The notes under the pieces are model-generated. The model was not told the DNA's origin. It worked only from the letters and a program-made list of their open reading frames with translations, and did not search any database. A stretch of 64,000 bases of DNA. Origin: Amoebidium appalachense (lineage: Eukaryota; Protista; Ichthyosporea). The stretch covers positions 8,246,940 to 8,310,939 of the forward strand of contig CAVNZM010000013.1 of the NCBI GenBank assembly GCA_963693365.1, in the 5' to 3' direction. Made by a program: the position numbers and the translations under genes. Positions 1 to 23,139 of this stretch are shown here, piece after piece. Positions within the stretch are counted from its first letter, which is position 1, and each line of letters opens with the position of its first letter.

Positions 1-167
1 CAACTAGAATAGGTGTGTGATGTCACGCAACATCCACACGGGAAAATGTGCCAACTATGAGTCTGGATGGCTGGAGCAAGTATTGTGTGCTTTCGATCCG
101 CTTTGATTGGCTGTGCATTCATACATCTACGTTTAAACTGAATTTGATTGGGGGAGGGGGGCAAGAC

Positions 168-10096
<9,929 letters not shown>

Positions 10097-10776
10097 GGTG
10101 CCCTAGTGATGTGCTGCAATATATGTGTCTACCGGTATGGCTACTGGCCTTTCTAGCAACTCAAAGCCAAAGAAAGCATCAGGCGGTCAGCTAATCTGTG
10201 CCAGCACTGCTTTACTACAGTAACTTGAGGGGTGCAGTACAACGAGCACGTCAGGGCCTGTGGCCCCGTTGAAGTACGAAGTTGGTTGCTGCGAAAACGC
10301 ATCACGTACAGTCGCACCTTTTGTTTTTTTTTGATTCAAGAGCAGAATCATTTTCTGATTGGCAAATACTCTGAATATTTGAGCAAGATCTGCTCATCTA
10401 ATTGGTTGGCCTGTGAGCCACGCTCAACACACACACACGTGAAAACGTGAAAAAAAGGGGGGTGCGGCATGCCAGGAGCTACTACTAGAGAGAAGGGGGG
10501 GGTATGATTGGAGGGGGGGGTGTTCAGCTAACCTTATATGGATAAAGCAAAGTTACAAGGATTCAAGCCATTGGTTGGGCAAGACCCCTTTTGCCGAATA
10601 TGGATAACAGATCATACACTGCTGTAGGCGGCGGTCAGGAATTGGCGCGCTCTTTACTGGTCACAACCAGTCCGGGAAGGCCATGAGCAGCATTGCCGAG
10701 CACACTGGAATACGGGAATGTTTGCGGTAACGTAGTCGCACTAGGGGGGCAGGGGGCCAGGCCCCAAGTGTTTAAA

Positions 10777-12285
10777 ATGAAGCCAGGCTGCCCTAAGGGC
10801 ACAACACAGCGCCCTGGGCATAAAACAGGCGGAGCTAGGGAGGGAGCTGGGCGCAAAAAAAAAGATGCTGCATTTGTTCAGCCTTTAGCGAACTTTGCAG
10901 GTTTTGGGACGGCAAACAAAGCTGTTTTGCAGGAACTAAACGTAAACGTACAACCCGAACAGCCCCCTCTATCTAAGGCCGCCGACATAAGGGCCCGTGT
11001 AGTTGAGGCAGGTAGCGTCCATTCGTTACCAAGAGAAATGGATCGGGCCCCTGCTCCACACCCACCAGACATACAGGTGCAACCCGACGAGGAACCTTTG
11101 CTAAATGCAGCAGCAGATGCGTACCGGGTAGACGAGGATGAAGGGGAGGAAGAGGGAGAAGATAATACGGACGGGGATGACGGTGGAGAGGAGTTTTCTG
11201 ACGCGGCGGGCGAAACAATCAAGTCGCACCTGCACACAGTGAAAGAGAGTCTCAAAGATGAGAAGACGCCTGTGGGGTGGCATCTTCCACCTCCCATTAT
11301 AGGCTTTAATTTTGGGGGCGATCCAGCGCCTTTCTACAAACCCAGATGTTTTGCCTGGCTTCCGGAAAGGTTGTCTCCCGGTTTCATGGTGCCGTGCCCC
11401 TTCGATGATCACTACGTGGACCCCCACAACCACCCCAACCCACACCGTACTTCTCGCAATGGGTTCATGAGCAACCCCGTAGGACGGCGTGTTATCGACT
11501 TTGACAGCTGCTACTACATTATCACGGCCCGGTACTTTTGTGACACATGCAAAAAAAACTTTGCCGGCACAAACCCCCAGACAATTAAACGCCTTCCACT
11601 CTTCATGCGTGATCAGTTTCCGGCCTACCTTAGCCACCGCAGTGGGCTCGACCTAAAGGTGGTAACATTGTTGCGTGCACTGGCAGACAAAGGTGTGGGC
11701 CCAAACGCCTTTGCCACCCTCCTCTCGGAGCTCCACAAGCAGCGATACGACGAGCAGCGGCTCCTGTATTACTCGAGGGCGCTGCATTGGACCAAGTATG
11801 AACTCAAAAAGCGTAACGATTTCCGCCCCCACGACCAGCGCCTGACAGAACTTCCCCCAGAGGAGCAGGCGGCTAAGTTCTCGGCGTTTGGTGACAAAAA
11901 TGGTTACGCTGGACATGTGCCTTCAGGCAAGTGTGCACTGCATTTTGGGTGTGTAAATGGTCCCCATTGTTTTGTATGCACGTGCTTGGGCATTTTTTGG
12001 GTTGGCTTGGTAGGGTTTTGTTTTATTATTTTTTATTTTTTTTTTAGGGGGGGGGGGGGACTTGGAAATGGGTTTTGGAAGTGTGGTCAATAAGTTTCTA
12101 TTATGGTGGTGGTGGATGTGTGGTGGTGGATGTGCGCCTGTGAGTGTGCGTGTACTTGTGGGTCCGTGTGTGTGTGTGTGTGTGTGGGGGAGGGGGGGGG
12201 GGGGGGAGGGGGGAGGGGGGACATGGTGATGGATTAGGTGGTGGTGGTGGCAATCAGTCATGGTGGTGGTGGTGGTGGTGGTGGT

Positions 12286-12337
<52 letters not shown>

Positions 12338-12481
12338 AGGGATCATCAGAGGGGTGAAAGCATAACGGTCCATGTACCAGTGAGTGTGCTTGGGAAATCG
12401 TGGAGAACTGTTATGCCTGAAATTAGATGGTGGGTGTGCGCATGTGTGTCTGTGTGTGTTGGGGGAAAGGAGGTGGAGAGG

Positions 12482-12515
<34 letters not shown>

Positions 12516-12713
12516 GGGGCACATGGTGGTAGACTGGATCTTGGTGGCGGTACTTAATGGTTATTATAGTAGTGGCAGGAGGGTGTGGGGGGAAGGGCAA
12601 ACGGACGTGCAGGGGACAAACTGCAGATGGGGCACAAAGGGGAAAGAAGGTGAAAGTTGGTGCAATGACTTGGAGGGTTTGCGCGCGCCGGGAGGCGGGG
12701 GGAGGGGGGGGGG

Positions 12714-12749
<36 letters not shown>

Positions 12750-13179
12750 AACGGCCGGAGATGGGTGTGTAGCGTTTTTGAGATGGGAAAAGCCATACAG
12801 ACTTACGAAAATACAGAGAGGTGAGATGAACACGAGGGACTAGAGGGAATGGGGGGGATGGTCCTGATGGGAGGGTGGTGGAGTTCTAACAGTACTTGGG
12901 GTTCAGGCAAATACCTGAGTGCCGTGTATACTGAGTTCAGCGACCGCACGGCAAAGTACCAGAGCCTGGACACGCAGCTCAAGCCCGTAAACAACGTGCT
13001 CAAGGCCGACCACACCTTCCAAATTGGGAAGCTCACCGGCATCAATGGGGAGCCTCTGTACCGAGGCCTATGGACTTGTGTAAACGAGCTTGGCGGTGTG
13101 TGGTCCCTCCTCTTCTCCCCCCTCCCCCCACTCTCCCCCAGGCCCCCTTCCCCCCCCCCCCCCCCCCCCCCCACACCCC

Positions 13180-13210
<31 letters not shown>

Positions 13211-14989
13211 ACACGCCCCCCTCCCCCCCCCTCCCCCCCCTCCCCCTCTAGGGCCTTTAAATCTCTTAGGCTCCACATTTAATGAGGTGGCACACTGTGA
13301 GTAGAGGTTTGTAGTATGTGGGTTTTGGGGACAATTCTTGCCCTGTCGAGCAAAAACTAGGAAGCTCCAGATATGTGTGTATGTGTTTTTGCTGGGTAGA
13401 GATTGGGGTGGGCTGGGGTGGAGCTTTCTTTTGGCGGGGAATCGGGGGGGGGGGGGGGGGGGGGGGGGGAGGGGGGGGGGGGGGGGGGGGGGGGCAAGCT
13501 TCTGCCAAGCAGAATGGGAGTAGGGGCCAGTGATTGCAAGGGATGCAGGGGGGGGGGGGGGGGGGGGGGGGAGACACCACCGTCGGGGTTGAAGGTAGAG
13601 AGGGCAAGAGGCCCGGGGTGGGGTGGGGGGGGGGGGGGGGGGGGACAGTAGGTGCCATATGGAGGGCTGTCCCATGGTTTGGGGGGAGGGGGGAGTGGGG
13701 AAGGATCGTGGGCACATGGGTTTGGGGGGAAGGCAGAGAGGGGGAAAGGATTGTGATCACAAGGGTTTAGGGGGAGGAAGGGGGAAGGATTGTAGGTACA
13801 TGGGTTTAGGGGGGAGGGGGGGGGGGGAAGATTTTGGGGGAAAGGGAGGCCTGGGGAAAGTATGTGGGCACATGGGTTTGGGGGGAAGGAGGGGGAAGGG
13901 TTTTGGGGGAGAGGGAGGGGAAAGTATGTGGGCACATGGGTTTGGGGGGAGGGAGGGGGAAAGGATTGTGTGGGCACTGAAGTCTCGTGAAGGGCCATGT
14001 GGTAAGGGAAGCTAGAACATGCATGGCCGCTCGGAGATGCCCTCTCACACAGTGCGGCACCCCAGAGATCCGGGCGCAGGTATTTACACGGGACTGCAGC
14101 CACCAGGAGATTGAGCCCGTGATCCAGCGCATCTCTGCCACCACGGCGGCGCTCAACAGCAAGGGCCCGGCCTTCTTCTACACAGATCGGTGCTGCCAAG
14201 ACCGGGCGTTTGTTGAGCGCATGTTTCCAACCCTAGCCCGGCCAAAATGCCCCGTCCGTCTGAACGAGGCTGCGCTGGTAAGCGTGACGGACGGTCTGCC
14301 TGGGCTGGAGCTGCCGGCCAACTACCCTAAGCCGGTGTACACCGACTGCCAGGGGGCGGTGGTGGCTACAGCGGCCATTCGTGCCGACCTGGAGGGGCAG
14401 CAGCACCGCGTGGTGGGGCTGGACTGCGAGTGGGTCTATCGGGTGGGCCAGGCGCGGTCCAAGGTTTGCACGCTGCAGATTGCCACCGCACGGGCCGTGT
14501 ACATCTTCCACTTGGCACGCATGGGCCCCAACCACAGCCCGCCCGCGCGGCTGGTGGACGAGCTGATTGCGCTGCTTAGGGACCCCAGCATCATCAAGGT
14601 GGGCAAGCAGATCGGCACGGACTCGGCCCACCTCAACAAGGACTACGGCACCCCTGTGGCCAGCTATCTGGAGCTGGGCCGGTTCTGCTATGCCCGTGCA
14701 GCTATCACCTCTGCGGCCCGGGGCTTGGCCGACATCACTGCCCAGGTCATAGGCAAGAAGCTGCCCAAGCCGGCACTTGTTCGATGCTCCAACTGGCACG
14801 AGCCGCTATCAGAGGTGCAGGCCACCTACGCTGCCCTTGATGCATATGCGTCCCTGCAGGTCTACTCGGCCGTGGTCGATAGGCCAAACCTGTCAGGTGT
14901 GTATCCCACCTGCTTTTTGCCCCAGTGCTTATGTGCTTATGCCAGATATAGAAAGATTGTGGGCCCCCCAGAGGAGAGGGGGAGGGGGA

Positions 14990-15026
<37 letters not shown>

Positions 15027-15117
15027 GGCTGACCACATGGGCCAGTGTTCCAGTTGTGTTATGCTGGGTGTCGGGTGGCTATCAAAGGAGGGGGTGATTG
15101 GTGGTGGTGGTGGTGGT

Positions 15118-15150
<33 letters not shown>

Positions 15151-16197
15151 CTATAGCACTGTTAACACGTGCAAGTGCCACACAAGCTGGGCACTGGGAG
15201 AGGGGGGGGGGGGGAGGGAGAAGGGGGGGGGGGGGGGGGGGGAAGGGGGTTGCTAAGGAATATGCATTTGATTTTTGTGGAGCGAAGAGAAAAACGTTGG
15301 TGCTGTGGCTTTTTGGCTGAGTTTTTTGCTTCCCTCTATGACATGCAGCGCGGCTTCATGCAAAGGCACTCGGTGAAGGGGTTGAGATTGTGCCCCGGCG
15401 GGGCCCACATGCTGCAGCAGCCACCGGGGTGGTGCTGGCTGTGCAGCCGGAGCGCTGGGGGGGCATGAAGGTGGGCAAGAAGCATGCAGTGGTGCGGGTG
15501 GATCAGGTGCTGTCGCCGGCCATGCAGGTGCCCTTTGGCCCCGACAAGGGCAAGACCCTGGGAGAGCTGGGCCCGCCGCCCTTTGAGCTGATGGTGCACC
15601 TGCAGTGGCTACGGCCCATTCAGCCCCCACCGGACCCAGGTGCCGAGGTGCCGGTGGTCCCTGACCCAGCCCCTCCCCCTGCCAGTCCTCCCCCTGCCGA
15701 GCAGCAGCAACCCCTTGCCGGCCCACAGGCACCCCCCCAGGACCCCCAGGCAGCCCCGGGGGGCCTTGAGGCAGCCCCAGGGGGACCCGAGGCAGCTCCC
15801 AGAGAGGGCATGTTGGGCCAGGCACCGCCTGGGGAGGTGGTGTGGCAGACTGTGCTGAATGACGCCTTCCACTCCATTGCAAACACGGCGGACGGCACGT
15901 ACAAGTCACACCCCCGCAGGGCTGAGTACGCACGCGCACTCAGCGAGGCAATATTTGTGTGGAATGAAGAGGATTACGGACATGTGAAGGTGCCCCCCCC
16001 CCCTCCCCCCCCCCCCCCCAAAATAAAAAATAAAAAATAAAAATAAAAAAAACGGCAACAACAACATGCGTGACTGACGCGCACACACACATACACTCGT
16101 TAGCACACACTCACCATTCCACCCACAACCATGCACACCTTCGACAAAACTTCTGAGGGAAGAGAGAGAGCCTGAGCCTCAGAGAGAGGGGGGGCAA

Positions 16198-16251
<54 letters not shown>

Positions 16252-16824
16252 GGAGAGTGGGGGTTATTCATATGCCTAGAGAGAAATAATGTAGGGTTGT
16301 GGGGGGAAATAGCCACATGCATTTTTTACTTGTGTTGGGGGAGAAGATGGGGGGGGTGGAGGGGAGGGGTCCTACAATAACGGCAGGTATCAAAGTCTAC
16401 CAAACCCAAATTGCAGTGTGCGTAGTAAATTAATATTGGCATCCTGCCTCACAGGGGGTGCTGGAGCAGAAGGGCATCGACATTGAAACCGAGCTCAAGG
16501 GCGGCGACCTGAGCTACTTCATGGAGCGCATCCGGCGGGTTATTCCCGACCCATACACGCTGGTCTCGCGGCTGGTGGAGTTCAAAAACACCTACAAGGA
16601 TGTGCCGCCCGGACCGGATGGCAAGCCTCTGTTCAAGAAGGATGGCTTTGAAAGACTCGAGGCAACATCCCCCCCCCCCCCCCCCTCCCCCTGCAGGCGC
16701 CCAACAACTCCACCACCACAGAAAAGATTCTTCGCTTATTTGTCATCCTTGGTTCATCTGCACACACACGCACACCCTAGCCTCCCCCCCCCCCCCCCCC
16801 CCCCCCCTCCCCCCCCCCAAACAT

Positions 16825-16894
<70 letters not shown>

Positions 16895-16966
16895 CCCGCA
16901 CGGCCCTTGCTGCCTAGCCAGTTGTTTTTTGCCTTTCCCTGCTCGTTTTTTTCCTTAGCAACCCCA

Positions 16967-17046
<80 letters not shown>

Positions 17047-18695
17047 CCACCACCACCACCCACCCATCTCTCTGATGTTTGCTTGTGCCCCCACAGTCGC
17101 TGCTCGAACACGCCCAAAATGGCTGTCTGTCGGACCCCCCCGGCCTGCCCCTCTACTACGAGACCACTGCCGACGCAGATGGGCTCATGCGCTACCGCTG
17201 CATCCGGGGCACCAACGAGGTGGAGGGGGCAGTGCACAACCCCCTGGCCACCCACTTTGGGGCCACACGCATGTCGCTGCGCCTGCTGGACGCCACCATG
17301 TCCAATAGGCGCCACCGCCACAACCTGCGTGCACACTACCGCAACCGCCTGGGCCAGGCATCGGGGCCCCCCCACTACAGCCCCTGGATTGTTGACGACA
17401 TGGAGGCACTGGCGCTGATGCTGTACGGCCATCACCTCGACCCCCAGTGGGTACCCGTAGGCTGCTACAAGCTACCGGAGGAGTACTTCAACTTTGCCCC
17501 GCTCTCCTGTGTGGCCAATGCCCCGGCGCAGGAGCCAGTTGCGGTGCCCGCACCCCCACCTCCGTCTGATAACATCGAGCCTGCAGCCAATGGCGTGATG
17601 GGCGGGCCAGAGGACTGTGAGGTCGAGGAGGGTGACGGTGCTGCCATGGGGGGGGGCAACCAGGTGGCGCGTGGTGCACCACAGCCGGACCCTGCACTGA
17701 GGGGCGACTACAAGTTCCTGGCGCAGAAGCAACATGTGGCCATCCCCTTCCTTCCGGTGCTTACCCCTCAGGAGCGCAAGCTATTCAGCACGCTGCTCCT
17801 GGGCACCTACAAGGCACATGCAAAGCCCAACGGCCAGCTGTTCGAGGCTTTGGCCCAAGACTTCAACAAGGCTGCCTCTGTGGCTGGGGGAATCTACATG
17901 AAGGATGCGGCCTACATCAAGAAGCATTTCGACAAGTGGAAGACCTGGCAGACGGCACATGCACAGCGCTCCACACACGAGGGCCTGGCAGATCACCGCA
18001 AGCGTATGCGCGAGGAGAGGGCAGACGCTGTGCCAGCAACCATACGGCCTGCCCCCTTGCCACCCCTCCCTGTTCCAGACGGTGTCGATGCAGGGGCGCA
18101 GCGTGAGCGGCCCTTGCCCATGCTAGTGGGCAAAAAGCATCGCAACATTGGCCCTGAGGGGCCCCTGCAGATGGATTTGCCGGTGCCCCCTCCTATGCAG
18201 CCACCCCAGAGAGCCCCCAAGACCTGCAAGACGTGTGGCCGCCAGGGCAAGGGCTGCCCCGGCTCCAATCGGGCCAAGAGCTGCCCACGTTGGGTTGCAG
18301 CCAATCAGGATGCCATGCCACCAGCACCCGCGCTTGACATGCAGCAGGGCCATGTGCCGCACATGCCCCCTGCACCCCATCCAGGCCCGCACCACCCACA
18401 TGGCTGGCCCCCACCGTGGGGCATCATGCCGCCTCAGCCCGGCCCTGCCTTCCCCATGCCTGGGCTACTGCCGCAGCACGGTCCCCATCCTTACTTGGGC
18501 CATGTGGGCCAGCCCTCGGCTGGTGGGCAGTTCCCACCCCCTTCTCGTGCATCTGCTGTGCTGGGCCTGGCGTTGCCACCTGCTGGAGAGACGCAGCTGC
18601 AATGGCACGATCGAAAGCAAAGTAATCGTGGCCGCAAGTCTGCAGGCAGCCAATCAGGATCTCAGAGTAGTCAGAGTAGCCAAACTAGTGTCTAA
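10777..18695 (+). CDS. DUF6729-like DDE transposase (Mutator/ISL3-like D-D-DxxH-E pattern) with an inserted DEDDy 3'-5' exonuclease domain, ~1538 aa
   Basis: Exons 10777-11926, 12907-13095, 14066-14896, 15349-15989, 16455-16661, 17097-18695 total 4617 nt, phase-consistent and open. Motifs in order: GGAREGAGRK; VPCP..RRVIDFDSCYYIITARYFCDTC..FPAYLSHRSGLD; LKADHTFQ; VNELGEI; FFYTDRCC; exonuclease VGLDCEW / QIGTD / VRCSNW / YAALDA; LNDAFH; GCLSDP; YRCIRGTNEVEG; C-terminal CKTC..CPG..C. Family names are from motif recall, not a database search. Confidence 0.8.
13670..13976. repeat. G-rich ~42-bp degenerate tandem repeat in intron 2 of the transposase gene
   Basis: About 7 recurrences of GTGGGCACATGGGTTTGGGGGGA...GGGGAAAGGATT-like units. 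Confidence 0.8.
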
Positions 18696-18781
18696 TATTG
18701 GAATGTACACCAATGTAACGGATCTCATATGTGTTGTAGTGCTTCAAGTTATACCTGTTCTTCGTACAGTCATGTTAGGGG

Positions 18782-18812
<31 letters not shown>

Positions 18813-19115
18813 CTAGCTTTCATTCCGAAGTTTACTGTAAAGAATTAAAATTTAGAATCTGAGTAATAGTACAGAGCCTTTGCACTTTTCTCTGTTTGTT
18901 AGGAATTCTTTGTGATCGAGAGTATGGTGTGTTAGACTATTGGTGTTAATGTGTCCTGGAAGGTGTATAATGTCTGCTGGCCGTAGTCAGTATCTATTTT
19001 TAGGTATATAGTATATTTTTAAATGTTGGCCGCTGGCCAATAAATAGCAAATAATAAACACACGATAAAGTCAACAGCGTGCCAAAAAACTAATCCCCAG
19101 CGAGCGCACCCAGTG

Positions 19116-19208
<93 letters not shown>

Positions 19209-20541
19209 CGCGCGCGCGTGCGTGCGTGTGTGTGTGTGTGTGTGTGCGTGCGTGCGTGCGTGTGTGCGTGTGTGCGTGTGTGCGTGTGTGCGTGTGTGTG
19301 TGTGAGTGTGTGTGTGTGTGTGTGTATGTGTGGTGTGGTGTGTGCGCGGCTTGTACATATGTACGTGTTCATGTGCACCTGTGTCGGACCTACGAAGTAC
19401 ATGAAAGTAAATTTTGACAGCATCGATCTGCCGGTGTGTATGTGTATGTGTGCCAGTGCAGCAGGTGTGCCTTGTAACTGATAGCTTCGCATTTTACGTG
19501 TGTGTATATATAGTAGTACGCATAGACACTTGCTGATCATTCGGATCGACATTAATATTTAATCTGTCGGTCCTCGGTTTTTTGAGTGAATGATGATCAA
19601 GTGTAAGAGCATTCACTTGGCAAGTATTAATGTTGCAGAGGCTAGCTGCAGCTGCAAGCGTCGGATGCACACTGACAATTGTCTTTTCAGCGAGTCTAAC
19701 CTGCAGGCAGCAGCTGCACACATATAGGGTTGTTATCTTGCGGCACATGCACGGTGATCATTTCAGAGTAATAGAGTTCAGAGCAATGAAAATAATGAAA
19801 ATAACTAAACTTTGTGACTACTTTAAAGTTGCTGAGATCATACGTGGTGCAAGCTGCACTATGAACACATGTATAGTGCTAGTAATTAATACATTTTTGT
19901 TGCCTTCTGCAGGGTTATCGTAGCTACGTCACGGCCTGCACTCAGGGGGGGGGAGGGGGGGGGGAGGGGGAGGGGGGATGATTCGAAGGGGGTATAAATA
20001 AGAACATGCACCTAAAGGTCTTTCCCGTGGATCCTCCCCCCTCCCCCCCCACCTCTCCCTCCCCCGGGGCCCCATACTATGATATCTAGGCCCAATATTA
20101 TATGCCCCCTTCCCCCCCCCCCCCCCCCCCTCCCCTCTCCGGATCCCCGGACCCCACTTCCCTACCCGGAGGCTCAAGAGCTCCCCCTTCCCCTTCCCCC
20201 CCCCCCCCCCCCCCCAAGGCTTACGGGGGCCCTTCTTCATCGAGGGGGAGGGGGTGGGGGTGGGGGGGTGGGGGGAGGGGGTGGGGGGGAGGGGAAGTGG
20301 AAGGCGGGGGGTGGATGCATGTCAGCCTAGGTGAATTCAATTGTTTAACTCCAGTGTGCAGGACTGGTCTGAAGGCTTAAGAAAACAACGAGGAAATGGG
20401 GTCCAGTGGAGGTGGTGGTGGTGTTCTGTGTGTGTGTGTACACGTGCACGTATGTGTGTGGTTTTTTTAAGGGGTGAGTGGTGGTGGTGGTGGTGGTGGT
20501 GGTCACCGTGGTGGTGGTGTGTGTGTCTGGTGTGTGTGTGT

Positions 20542-20586
<45 letters not shown>

Positions 20587-23056
20587 TAGAAAGAAAAACT
20601 GCTCGTGGGTCACTGTTTTTCGTCACTGTATTTGTAACGGGCCGCTCATATTTATATAACTACTTTAATTTAAGTACACGTGTTCATTATCATATACGAT
20701 GGCCAAATATAGAAATTTTGGCGTCGAAGTTCTTGGAGCTAAAAAAACGTTTAAAAGGGGGAAATAATAGCTTGGCCCCAAATTTACCTTGCCGTTTTTA
20801 GCGAATGTATTTTTTATTCATGAGTTCTAGTGATTCAGTGAGTGCACGTGCCTGCCTCAGGCTGATCATGACAACTGCAACACACCATTCCTACATGGAT
20901 ATCAACCAAAAGAAAATAGTATATACTGTGGTGGTCTCCTAAACCTTGTGCGGCATGCGCATACATGATATTACAGTGACGCATGTGCATATTATTGTTC
21001 TGTACACCGGAGTGTGCCGGTGCACGTGGCTGTTTTGTGCACATGTTACAATAGCAGCACGATCTCCCTAAACTCCATGTTTACACATCCCTCACCCTGG
21101 CTCTGCCTTGTCGGTGCTCCAAAACACACATACAAATCCCCCTAGACTCAGTGCCTGCACATGGTCGCATTCACGTGCAGGTCACGTGACACATGCGATG
21201 CCATACTGCCGTCTACAGCAACAACCACGGCAGCATGTATACCGGCCCAGCACGAAATATACTTATCGGCAGCCCACTGAACTCGCCCATTTTCTCTTTT
21301 TCATGTATGTCCCTCCTTTTTTGTAAAATCACCCTTTTTGGCCTCCCGGTAGTGGATTTTGCAGGATTTGACTTCTTTGAGGTCCAAAAACCTCAAATTT
21401 TCCCCGGCGGGGCCGGGGAGGGAGAATTCAAAAATTGCCCGCTCCTGATATGGTACCCGGGCCCGTGAAAATATCACACACAGTGACATGACCGTGGCAC
21501 ACACACATGTTCTCTCTCTCAACCCCTCAAGCAAAAGTCGCACTGCACAGATCAGGCAGTCCATGTACAGTAGCTATGTGGTGTTCGAAACTGGTAAGTA
21601 CACCACATGTTAGCTAACGAAATAGAACCGGAGGTGATGGGCGGTTTTATTCTCTTTACCACCTCCCTTCCTCAATATCATTGTTTTAAAATGACTATTT
21701 TAGATCACCTTAAGAATGCTGCACAGTATGATATTGTGATACGGTGTCTTAACTTTCTTTCGGAGTTACCAATGCTAGCCTCTGCTTACCCATAATATGT
21801 AATAGGGTTGTCATATGCTACGACGGCACTAAATGTTGCTTAGCATGTACATATGTCACTAGCTGCATTTGATTGGCTGCGCTGGAAAACGCAGTAGGCC
21901 GTTGAGTGAGGCTGGGCCCCAGACAGTGTCCACAGCAATAAATAGTGTGTAAACCCCCCTGTATGCAAAGTGGCAGCTGTGTGCGGACCATAGGCAATCG
22001 ATAATAAGGAAGGGGACTCATTATTGACAACATGTGCGTATTTGTTACACCACGTTTATATATAATACGAAACCTGGGTGTGTGACTGGATGTGTGTGTG
22101 TGTGTGTCTGTGTGTGTCTGTGTGTGTGTGATACTGTGTGCGTGCGTGCGTGCGTGTGTGTTGAGAAGCGGGCGGCAGGGGGTAAGGGGGGGGGGGGGGG
22201 GGGGGGTTCAGGCACACGTGTGACAACGATTCTATCTCTTGTCTTTACTTATTTCTTTTTTTCTGCGGGCCGGCCGCAACCGCTTCACACACACAAAAAC
22301 CGAAGAAAAAAAATTGCCATTCGTGATCAACTAGCACGTGAACACCATCAGTCAACTCTAGCATGCTACCTATGTGCGAATGTGCAAGCGCCATGCACAC
22401 AAACAGCGTATTTATGTCGGGGAGGATTCTTGTGTCTGCCTTCAATGGCTTTAATCGAGCATCTGAGAGCATACTGCAAGTAATCTACAAACAAAAAACG
22501 AATAACTGTACATGCATGCAAGGGGGGCATAAAAAACTCAGTGTGATGTGTGGTGTCGTTTCATTCAGGCCACCCTTCATGCTGGCTGTGTAGTGCTGTG
22601 AAGGCCTTGCCGCATTGCCGCAAACACAAACCAGAAGTGTTGAATTTAATTGGTCGAAAATCATTGCTGTGGAATATACACACAGCTTGTGGTGGACAGC
22701 TACCTTTACAACATTCGAGAATACACGGACTCGATTCAACAATTAACACTCAGATGTACATGCGAAGAGGTATACTATGCATGGTTTTACAGGAAGAGAA
22801 TGAATGCTACATAACCGAAGGTAAACCGAAAGTGAACGATTGGGACGCGAAAGGAGTAGTAGGAGACCGGGGTGAGGGGTGTTCTTTTGCCTTTGTGTGT
22901 GTGTAGGTGTGTGTGTGTGTGTGTGTGTGGTGGTGGTGGTGGTGGTGGGGGGGGGGGGGGGGGGGGGGGGGAGGGGGGGGGGGGGACGTACCAAGCTTAA
23001 ACTATTGGCAGCAGCAGCATACCTAGGGGGCCTCGCTTTAAGTCTGGAGTGCTGCC

Positions 23057-23139
<83 letters not shown>

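Noticed and set aside
10693-10776. Upstream extension of the transposase ORF from the ORF track
   Set aside because: Starts at TTG; the first in-frame ATG with an A-rich context is at 10777.
16198-16250. Exact lengths of long homopolymer runs as a biological signal
   Set aside because: Homopolymer length is unreliable in assemblies and cannot be checked without reads.
10551-19479. AGTTACAAGG / CCTTGTAACT inverted match as a transposon TIR
   Set aside because: Only 10 bp, no extension and no TSD; expected by chance.
20610-21490. Degenerate inverted similarity (GTCACTGT...ACGGGCC), loosely echoed near 46050-46086
   Set aside because: Too short and gapped to define an element by eye.
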